Assembly: GCF_001194135.2 (NCBI RefSeq)
Contig: NC_068999.1
Coordinates: 24,556,346 to 24,595,932 of the forward strand
From: Octopus bimaculoides
Taxonomy: Eukaryota
DNA length: 39,587 nucleotides
Direction: 5' to 3'
The notes under the pieces are model-generated. The model worked only from the letters and a program-made list of their open reading frames with translations, made no database searches and had not been told where the DNA came from. Both the position numbers and the translations under genes were made by a program. Below are positions 12,668 to 24,100 of the stretch, piece after piece (within the stretch, counting starts at the first letter, position 1; the number at the start of each line of letters is the position of its first letter).

Positions 12668-13215
12668 TTTCCATTTCATATACCTGTTCATACATCTTTC
12701 ACTTTTTCCTCTCTTTTACTTTAAAACAAAAGTAAATGAATAAAAAATTTTTATAGAAATTAACGAACAAAACCAGCTGATCTGGATGAGAGTTCTAAGA
12801 GTCAAAGTGACAGTTCTGAGAGTCAAAGTGACAGTTCTGAGAGTCAAAGTGACAGTTCTGAGAGTCAAAGTGAAAGATCGCCCCAAGGGAATACCATTAC
12901 AAAAATTTTTTCGAGTGCATTCAATGTGACTCAGCTCCAAAGATTTGGCTGTTATTTCTTGCATGCCCTGCTACCACATAGTGGCTATTTGCAATAGAGG
13001 ACCCCAAATACCTGTTACATGGTAGCAGGGCATGCAAGAAATAGCCACCAAATCTTTTCTTTTCTGGGGAAAGGAGCCATTTACGTGTGATTTCAATGTC
13101 ACATTTGTTGAAAACGTGAAATAACCTGGAAAAGAAAAAAAAAATCCATGAAACAAAACTCCGTTGCTGGGAAATTCAGACTTTCCAGGTGACCCAACGG
13201 GTCACAGGCAGTCGA

Positions 13216-13263
<48 letters not shown>

Positions 13264-14242
13264 ATATATGTATACAGTACAACAGTGTAGTTAAGTAAGT
13301 CAGTATGAGAAGTGTACATGTAAGCCTGTACTATCCAAATAAACAATATCACAAAAGCCTTAGAGTGCCTCACCAAGGGAAGAGGAAAAAAACCTAAATC
13401 AGCTTATGACAGGTATCTTTTAATTTCTGTCTATCAAATCCACTCACAAGGGTTTGGTGAGCTCAAGGTTATAATAGAAGACACTTGCCTATGATACCAT
13501 GCAGTAGGACTGAACCTGAGACCTCTTGGTTGGGAAGCAAGCTTCTTAAACACACAGCCATGCCTGCACCTATAACCACATGGCTGCCTACAGCTGTTGT
13601 GTATATTTTACCTACAATGATTATTTATACATTATTAAAGTTTTTGGTTTCTAAATGGACTACTCAACCTATTTAAGGTTAGATTATCCACTAGTTGGTC
13701 ACTCCTATCAATATTGATTTCAAATTTTGGCACACAAAGCCAGCAATGTTAGATAGTGGGTAAGTCAATTACATTAACCTCAGTGCTCATCTGGTACCTA
13801 TTTTACCAACCCTGAAAGGATGAAAGGCAAAGTCTATCTCAGCAGAATTTAAATTCATGAAATGCTACTAAACATTTTGCCCACTGTGCTAACAATTCTG
13901 CCAGTTTGCTGCCTGTTTTTATTAAAGAAATGCTGTTAAGCATTTTGTCCTGCATGCTGATGGTTACCTTGGACCAGTCCTATCAATATTAGCATTATTG
14001 ATGTTGACTTTATTGTTTTTACACCCATTTTTTTTTCCAAGCAAGCACAGGTTGTACAAAACTTATTGAGAGGCAGTATTCTAAAGTTGGGTTTGTAACC
14101 CTAACCAATAGTAAGATACATATTTTTATTTATTTCACTAGTTGGGTTTCACTGAACTGCAAAATACATTGTTTATAGGTAATGCAAACAATTATACTAT
14201 TGCTCTAAGGGCATCAATGTGAAAACAAAGTAACATTCATTG

Positions 14243-14275
<33 letters not shown>

Positions 14276-16141
14276 CACATGTGCACCCCCCACCTTCTAT
14301 ATTTGTGTATATACAAGATGGTGCTTAAAAGTTCCTGGCTTTGAGTTAAAGAAAATATAAGAGAATCAATTATGATTTTATTCAGATTCACACACTTATT
14401 GCAGCGGTCCTTCAGTTTTTCTAAGCCCTGTAAAAAAGAACTTAGAAGGTTGGGTCACAAACCAGGCCATTTGTGACACCCTTAAAGCCAGGAACTTTTC
14501 AGCACCCCCTCATATATTTTCCATTTTTGTTTCAGAAGCCTACTACATCTCATTTCTCTCTAATTCAGAATTCTTACCACAATCACTTCATTTTGCAATC
14601 AGTATTGTCTGATGTAATTAGTTTTTCTGTACATTTAGAGCTGGAGCCAATATTACACATCATATTCAGTTTGTCTTCTTTATCTTAAACAAGCGAACTT
14701 GTTTTTTCAAACTGTCTCCTCTCTCTTTAGCCTACAAATTGGAATACAATTATTGGGAAGTCTGATATAGACGAGACTGTCAAACCAGTGGACTGGGCTA
14801 AACCAGGTACAGTTGCAGGTTATGCGACTCTGGAGAGTTTCTGCAATGAACGTCTAAAACATTTTGCCACAGAACGTAATGATCCTACCAAGAACAGTTT
14901 AAGTAATCTGTCTCCTTGGCTCCGATTTGGTAAGATTTATATTTAGTTATATTTGTAGAAATTTAACTGCAAATTTGTTTTTTCTTTTTTTGCTGTATCG
15001 TCATCATCACCATCACCACCATCCTCCTCCTCCAGGGTTGCAGTTGATCTGTCAATCAATGGAACAGCCATGCATGTGGCCGAGCACTCCACAGACACAA
15101 GTACTCTTAATGTAGTTTATTTGGGAGATTCAGTGACAAAGCTATCCCTTTGAAATACAGGTACTACTCGTTTTTGCCAAAGATACAATGTACTGCCAGG
15201 TATCGAACGCATGACCTTATGATCATAAGTTGAATACTCTAACTACTAAGCCACGCCTTCACACCAAGTATATATACGAACACAAACATTGACACATACA
15301 CACACACACGCACACACAATATATATTACATATATATATTACACAATATATATTATAAAGTATAATTATTTAGCTTCATTCTAGTTGTTAGAAATTATTC
15401 TTCCATTGCCATCATAATCATTGGGTAGACCATTTTTTCATGATGACATGATGTTGATCTAAACCCTATAGAGCCTGTTTGTGAGATTAATATCAGCACT
15501 TCATCTATTCTTCCTATGTCTTCCTTGGTCTCCTCCTTTTTTCTACCACGTGTTCCGTTCACCATCAACTCACCACACCTTTTCACCCTCACCCAGCACA
15601 TGTGTATATGCATTATGGATCTGCTGTCAGTTTATGATAATAAGTATTCAGTTGTTTGAGTAACCAAATGACCTGATCCTTAAATTAATATGTGAAGTGG
15701 CTGAGTATTTCACAAAAGCATGTACTGTTCTTGTAATTTTCAAGGAGAGTCAATTAGTATGACACAGTATGTGATAAAAGTGGAATTGTGAATTACAGGT
15801 ACAGTGGGCTTCTCCACAGTTTCTGTTTACCTATTTTTCACTCACGAGGCTTGGATTGAGTTTAAGCTGTGTTCAAAGACACTTGCCTAAGATGCCATGT
15901 GGTGAGATGGAACATGGGGCCTGGTGATCATGAAATGAATTTTTTAGCATTTGACCTTGTTGCATTCATTCTGCCATGCATAATGTAGATCAAATGTGTT
16001 CTGCTATAGCTCTGGGCCAACTAGAACCTTGTGAGAGAATTTGGTAGACTGAAACTGAAAGAAATTTATTGTACATATGTATTTGTGTACCCTTGTCTAG
16101 ACATCACATGATGATTGTAAATGAGTTTGTATATGTGTATG

Positions 16142-16172
<31 letters not shown>

Positions 16173-17038
16173 TCTTGTCTTGATATCATATGCAAGTTGT
16201 GAATAACAGTCACCAGTCCTTTCTGAAAGCATGTCCATTTCCAAAGGACAAAGGGAAATATTTCATTACTTAGAAACAGGGGAGGGCTGGTGAGATTTTC
16301 AGAGAAAATCTGTTTTAGTGAATTTCATCTGACCCATGTAAACATGAAAAAGTGGATGTTAAAATGATGATGGTGACGATAATGACTTGTTGTTGTGGCT
16401 GCTGCTGCTGTTGATGTTGTTTTTAAGGTGGTGAGCAAAATGCTTAGCAGCATTTCATCCGTCTTTATGTTCTGTGTTCAAATTAAACCGATGTCAATTA
16501 TGCCTTTCATAATGCTTAGGGGTTGATAAAATAAGTACCAGTTGAGCTCCAGGGTTGATGTAATCGATTTATCCTTTCCTCTGAAATTGCTGGCTTTGTG
16601 CCAGAATTTGGAAACATTATTATTATTGTTATTTAGGTGGTGAGCTGCCAGAATTGTTAGCACGCCGGGTAAAATGCTTTGCAGCATTTTGTCCGTCCTT
16701 ATGTTCTGAGTTCAAGTACATCTTTTTGGTGTTGATAAAATAAGTGCCAGTTGAGCACTGGGTCGACGTAATCGACTTATCCCTTCCCCCAATCTTGCTG
16801 GCCTTGTGCTAAACTTTGAAATCATTATTATTATTAGGTGGCAAGCTGACAGAATTGTTAGTACACTGGGCAAAATGCTTAGCGGGGTTTTGTCCATCTT
16901 CACATTCTGAGTTCAAATTCCACCGAGGTTGACTTTGCCTTTCATCCTTTTGGGCTCAAGTACCAGCTGGGTATTTGGTCAATGTAATTGACTATCCCCC
17001 TCTCCCAAATTTCATTTCTTGTGCCTATAGTAGAAAGG

Positions 17039-17095
<57 letters not shown>

Positions 17096-17154
17096 GTTAT
17101 TGTTNNNNNNNNNNTTATTGTTATTGTTATTGTTATTGTTGGTGTTGGTGTTGG

Positions 17155-17185
<31 letters not shown>

Positions 17186-18084
17186 AGCTGACAGAATTGT
17201 TAGCATGCTGGATGAAATGCTTAGCGGAATTTTGTCCTTATGTTCTGAGCTTAAATTCCACTGAAGTTGACTTTGCCTTTCATCCTTTTCGGGTCGATGA
17301 AACAAGTACCAGTTGCACACTGGGGTTGATGTAATCAATTCCCTCCCCTCCACACTCAAATTTTCAGGCCTTGTGCCTACAGTAGAAGGGATTATTATTA
17401 TTACTCTTGCTGCATATTGAACAAATTTATGCTTCCAGATGGTAGTGAGATGTTGTGCTCTTCCCTAACAGTATTTTTATATTTGCCATGTTTTGTTTTA
17501 TCTTAGCTGTAGTGTTATATCAGACATTGTTATTTGACTGTATTGCTACTTAACATGACTTATTTATTGCTAGTAAGTTTGAGAAAAGCTATGTTGAAGT
17601 GCTTAAGCCTTTTCTCCACTAGCATCTGCACTACTTGAGAAAACTGAAGAATTTCTTGTCAATGAGAGTCAATCCAATCTGGAAAAGTGTATTTTAACAT
17701 TAGAAGGAGTTTGATAGTTGCTCAAAAATAATTCTGAATCAAATTCAGACTGACTGCTTGTTAAAAACCTGTTGATTTCTCAATTCCAAGTCCAAACATG
17801 GCCATAGAATTCATTTTGTAACTTCATGGTATCAGATTTGCTTCTTTTGCACAGCACCTTGGGCAAGTGTCTTCTACCTACCCTTGCTTTGACCATAGCC
17901 TTGTAAATGAAGTTTGGTCATAAGAAACGAGATGGAAACTTGTTAGGCACAGGCGTTGCTGTGTGTTAAGAAGCTTGCTTTCCGACCACATGGTTTCAGG
18001 TTCAGTCCCACTGTGTGGCACCTTGGGCAAGTGTCTAAGCCTTATGATTGGATTTGGTAGATGAAAACTGAAAGAAGTCCATCG

Positions 18085-18154
<70 letters not shown>

Positions 18155-21100
18155 TTTCAGGGGAATGAATTTCCTTAAAATAATAGGTATATATGTATGA
18201 TGAAACCATCCCTTCTAATTAAATTTATATATACATATATATACATACATATATATTTGTGTTTGTGTGTGTGTCTTTGTGTCTGTGTTTGACAACCAGT
18301 GTTGGCATGTTTACATCCCTGTGACTTAGTGATTCGGCAAAGGGACCGATAGAATAAGTACTAGGCTTAAACAAAAATAAATAAGTGTTGGTGTCGATTT
18401 GTTCAACTAAATCCTTCAAGGCAGTACCCCAGCATGGCCACAGTCAAATGACTGAAACAATAAGTGTATAAATTAGTGTGTTGACCTAAAGTACTTTATT
18501 GAGTAGCGTCCCTTTATTTTAAATTCAGTTGGAGCCATTCAGTAAAGAGAAATTGATAAAATATATATCTGGCATAAGTACAGGTATTTGGTGATCAAAA
18601 TAATCAATAAAAACACCTAAAAGTGTGCTCCAGCATGACCACATTCCAAAAAGTGGAACCAGTTAAAGAATATAGAAATTCTGTCCAAATATCAATGAAA
18701 TATATTCCAATTACCTTTATCCATCATTCTGTGAACACGTTTCATACCTCCCCTTTATTGTTTGTCTCCCTTAAATGTTTTTCTTGTTTCTTTATGTAAT
18801 AGGTCATATATCTCCACAAAGATGTATACTGGTTGTTAAGAAATTTCAGAAATCTTACAAAAATAGTGTTGATGCATTTGTTGAAGAGGCTGTTATACGC
18901 AGTGAGCTGGCCGATAATTACTGCTATTACCAGAAGGACTACGACAATATAAATGGTAGGATTTGGTTTTTTTTTTTTTATCATTGATTCTGATGGAGTT
19001 CGCATAATGATCTTTAATCTATAAAACCTATCTCTTTGTTTGTATCTCAGGAGCTTATGAATGGGCTCGGAATAGCTTGAAGCAGCATGCTAAGGACAAA
19101 CGAGAATACGTTTACTCAAGGAAAGTGTTTGAAGAAGGCAAGACTCATGATCAACTCTGGAATGCTGCCCAAGTAAGAATATGTTTATGTTTAATATTTT
19201 TTAGTAAAATATTAGGCTGCGAGCTGGCAGAATTGTCAGTATGCTGGGCAAAATGCTCAGCAGCATTTTGTCCGTTTCTACATTCTGAGCTCAAATGTTA
19301 TTGGGGTCGACTTTGCCTTTCATGTTTTTGAAGCCAATAGAATAAGTATCAGTTGAGCATCATGGTCAATTTAATTGACCTAACCAAACCCTGAAATTGC
19401 TGGCCTTGTGCCAAAATTTTAAGACAATATTTTTTAGTAAATCTCCTTTTCTAAAGTAGATCATTTCATGTTTCTTTCCTTTTTTAATATTATGTGGATT
19501 TGTCTTTATGTTCTGAGTTGAAATTCCATCCTTTTGGGGTCGATAAATTAAGTACCATTTGCATACTGGAGTCGATCTGATTGACTGGCCCCCCCCCTCC
19601 CCCAAAATGTTGGGCCTTGTGCCTAGAGTAGAATTGGTCGTGCATATAATATTGGTTCCAGGTCAGAGGTGCTATTTTGCAAATTGTTTTGAGAAGCTAA
19701 TCTGTGAATGTTTTATGTTATTTAAAACTATTTCTTTATTTCCAGATACAACTTGTCAAAGAAGGTAAAATGCATGGCTTTCTAAGGATGTATTGGGCGA
19801 AAAAAATTCTAGAATGGTCAACTACTCCTTCTGAAGCACTGGAAATTGCCATATACTTAAATGACCGATATTCTTTAGATGGAATTGATTCCAATGGATA
19901 TGTTGGTATGTATTTATCTTTTAAAATATCTTCAGCTTTACAAAGGAGAAAAATGGTGAAATGTAATACACCTGTCATATCAGGAATACAGGAATTTCCT
20001 ACTGATAATATGTTCGGAACTTAAACACATATTGAGCTTGAATACTGAAAACCTATTTTTTGTATCAGTTTTTATTGGCTGGTTTATGACATAAGGTGGC
20101 AATATATTAAAAGCACAAAATAGAGGAAGTAGTCAAAATAGCTCATTTATTAAGGCAGTGTGTTGACAAAATTGTTAGACTGCCAGATAAAATGCCTTAT
20201 GGCATTTGTTCTGGCTCTTTGTATTCTGGGTTCAAATACCACCCCTTCTGGGACTCATAAAATAAAGTAACAATCAAGTATTTTAGTTGATTTTAATCAA
20301 CTGTTGATTTCTACCATTGTGCAATAGTCTAGCACTGCACAATACATTGCTGTTGCTGTTGCTACTTCTTCCTCTTTCTCCTATCGTTCACTATTCCATG
20401 CATGCATGGTCTGACATAATTTGTTGGGGGTGATTTTGTACAACCAGAAGCCCTTCCTGTTGCATTCCCATGGCCAGACATATTTTATATGGAAGACTAG
20501 AAACAAGCGACATGCTTATTTACAACCATCATGATGTCAAAAGATGGGTACGTATGCACACACAGACACACATATACATGTGATAAGCTTCTTCCAGTTT
20601 TCAACTATCAAATTCACACAAAGCTTTGATCAGCCCATTTCTGTAGTAGAAGACACTTGCTCAAGGTGCTGTATAGTGGATCACCACATGGTGAGGAAGC
20701 AAGCTTCTTAACTGCATAGTCCCACCTGCACTTCCCACGCTGTAGGACCAAAATCCCTACACAACCATAGGGTCCCCAGGACAGTTGAAGTGTCACACTG
20801 GTTGATGTTATCTTATTGTAACATTCCCATATTACTGGAACTGTAACACACACAGTCACACAATAGACACACCCACATGCTGATACATTCAGATCAGATC
20901 AAAAGGTTTTTACTGTTGATAATAATGGTTTCCAAATTTTGGCACAAGACCAGCAATTTTAGGGAGAGTGGGTAAGTTGATAACATTAACCCCAGTGTTC
21001 AACTGGTACTTATTTTATCGGTCCCAAAAGGATGAAAGGCAAAGTCGACCTCAGTAGAATTTGAACTCAGAATGTAAAGATAGACAAAATGCTGCTAAGC

Positions 21101-24100
21101 TTTTTGCCCGGCATGCTAACGACTCTACCAGCTAAACTTGTATTGTTTCATAATGACTGCATCAGAAACTGCAACTCTCGGGTCTGACTCTGGTTACAGG
21201 ACAAACAAATGCAATACTTATCTACAAGGGTAGATAAACTCAACAAAGAGTCAACAGCAAGCTATCAAACCAGGGGCCCCATTTAGGGCTTTTGAGTCTA
21301 GTGTTACTGACTCTTGGGACACACTGGTGTGAGAAGTCCCTTGATAAGTGTGAGGGCTATCCATGGTAGCTTGAATCAGTTGTGGGTTTTCCTTTTTCGT
21401 TTTATGGCATTGTTGAAAACAACAAATACATGAAATTCCTAATTAAATACTTGATTGTTTTTTAGACTCATTATTCACAATTGCTGTCTCTTTGTAGGCT
21501 GTATGTGGTCTGTTTGTGCTATTCATGATCGGGCCTGGGGGGAAAGAAAAATCATTGGCAAAATTCGGATCATGACATATGAAGGCTGCAAGCGGAAGTT
21601 CGATGTCGATGCCTACATTACCAAATATTGTTCCAAGAATTCTAAAAAAATATAAAGCCCAGCTCCCTTTCACTTCCAGTTTTGTTCAGAATGTTTTTCA
21701 GGAATAAATTTTTCTTAGTTGCTGCTTTTTTGGTTTTATGTTTGTCAGTCAGCTTTTATAAGAGTCCTTTTGAAATACATAATTGGCTAGTCCTGTATAT
21801 TCATTTGAAGTTGATTGTTATTAAAACTACTTTTCGTGCATGATAAATAACATCCTTTCTTTTGGTCTTTGTTTTTTTCTGTAATATTCTATTACAATGG
21901 CTTAAAGCTGTAAATAATTGTAGTATTATGTATGAAGAAAAGTGTTTTACATGTTCAGGAAAACCAAGAAAACTGAGATTTTAAGCTGAGTGAGATTGGA
22001 AGTTGTGAGGTTTTTTTTAAGTTCCCTAAGTAATTGCCAATAAGTTAAGTGAAATAACTTTAATAATCCTCCTCCTCTTCTTCCATCCATCCATTTTCCA
22101 TACTGGCATGGTTTGGACTGTTTAACAGGAGCTGGTAAGGCCAGGAGTTGCACCAGGCTCCATTGTCTGTTCTGGAATGATTTCTATGGCTGGATGCCCT
22201 TTCGAATGCCAACCACTTCACAGAGTGTACTGGATGCTTTTTATGTGGCACCAGCACCAAGACATAAATAATAAAAGAAAAAGAAATGGCAGTCTTATTT
22301 TTTTTCCTGATCTTTCTTGTGATAGCTGCTCTCAATACATGGATTTTTGAAGTTGTATGACTGCTGCCAGATCTTCAAACAGCTCTGTAATAATTTAAAC
22401 TATATATGTATATAATGTCAGAGGAAAGAATTACAATACAGATTCTTCAAGCCAAGCCAAGTGGTAGGAGACCAGAGGGTAAACCAAGGACAAACAAGAT
22501 AGTTAGATAATATCCATAGTCTGAGTTGGTCATGCTTGGGAATCCAGCCGGAAAGTCTAATAACAGTTGCTTCTGATAGGACCCTATGGAGGAGGTGTCT
22601 AAGGACTCTATCCCCACAATCATCTTGGGAGTAGTAGATGGAGAAGATGAATGGATGAATATGTGTGTGTGGATGTATAACTTGACAGATTTAGAATACA
22701 AGTTTGACTGTGGTTAAGAATTTCACTGTGCAGCTTCATGGTTCTAGATTTGTTTCTATTATTCTTTGAGCAAGTGTCTTCCAGTTTAACCTCTGAATGA
22801 CCAATACTTTGGAAGTGAAATTTAGTAGATTTGGTAGTGGGGGGNNNNNNNNNNNNNNGGGGGGGGGGGGGGTAGTATAACTTGTCTTTTCCATATGTAC
22901 ATACTTACATAGACAGACAGGCAGGTTTAATAACATCATAATTAACTGCTCCAAGGGCAAAGGTGATGCACTAGAGAGAGAGGAAACAGCAGAGATATTA
23001 AACTATTGGTTTAGTTTATGAGAGTTTGTGAAAGAGTTATAGTGTAATGAACTGGGATGAGAATAACATAGTTACAATGCAGTTTGGTTTTGTTCCATGA
23101 AGATATATTGCTGATGAGATTTTCATTTTTGACAAGGCTGCCAGGTAAGTATCTAGCTAGGGGCAAGCATCTGTACTAGGTTTGTTGATCTAGAAAAGAC
23201 TGTCAACAGGGTTCCATCCTCTGTGAAGAAGCTTGGGGTTAGTGTAATAGTTTATGAGAGCTATATAAGCCATATATGAAGGTACAGTCAGTAAGGTGAG
23301 AGTGAGTTATGGGTATAACAATGAATTCTGTGTAAAGTAGGGATACATGAAGGCTTAGTCTTCAGCCTGCTCCTGTTCATTATTATTCTTTTAGCTATAA
23401 CAAAGGAGTTTAAGATTGACTGCCCATGGAAACTTCTTTGTGTAGACAACCTTTGTCTTATAGTCAGATCAGTTGTAGAATTAGAAAAGAAATTCCAGGT
23501 GTGGAAACAAAACCTTGGAGTGGAAGGCTTAACAAAAGCTAAATTATTAGTAACAAGGAGAGAAAATAGGACTCCAGTACCATCAGAGAAATGATCGTCT
23601 GTTGTATGCAGAAAAGGAATAGGTAAGAATTCCATAAGGTATACTCAGTGTGGATTATGGACACATGAGGTGTAGTGAGAATAATAAAAGCATGAAGACA
23701 GGGAAGGAAGACTTTATATGCACAGAAGCTATAAGTACTTAGGCACATGTGAAATAAACACTTTCCATTGACTCTGTCAAAGTATTGATAGTTTCTGTTA
23801 TCTTGGGGACCTAATTAGCTGTTGGGGTGGGCTTTCAGAAAGCATGGTATCCAGAGTAAGAGCTGGTTGAAGATAGTTCTGAGAACTATTATCTCTGCTT
23901 GTAAGAAAGGATAAAGGGCAGATTGTATATGAAGTGCATTGCTGCATGGGCCCTGAATGAAAATTTGATAAGACTAGAAAGAGATGAAGTGAACATGGCC
24001 CATAAGATGTTTAACATTAGTGTACATTAATAATGGAGCACAAATAAGCTGATAGAATAACTGGACATGAGAGGAATCATGTAGCATACAAGAGAGAAGA

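Noticed and set aside
12791-12873. CRISPR-like array
   Set aside because: Units are contiguous with no unique spacers, and the context is eukaryotic; this is a minisatellite.
21498-21655. Exon 9a/9b duplication as a haplotype or assembly artefact
   Set aside because: The copies differ at about a third of residues and over half of comparable synonymous codons, and their flanks are unrelated; alleles would be near-identical.
21498-21655. Bacterial contamination or proven horizontal transfer of exon 9a
   Set aside because: It has a spliceosomal acceptor at exactly the same codon phase as 9b and sits in host-like repeat context; motif resemblance alone cannot show HGT.
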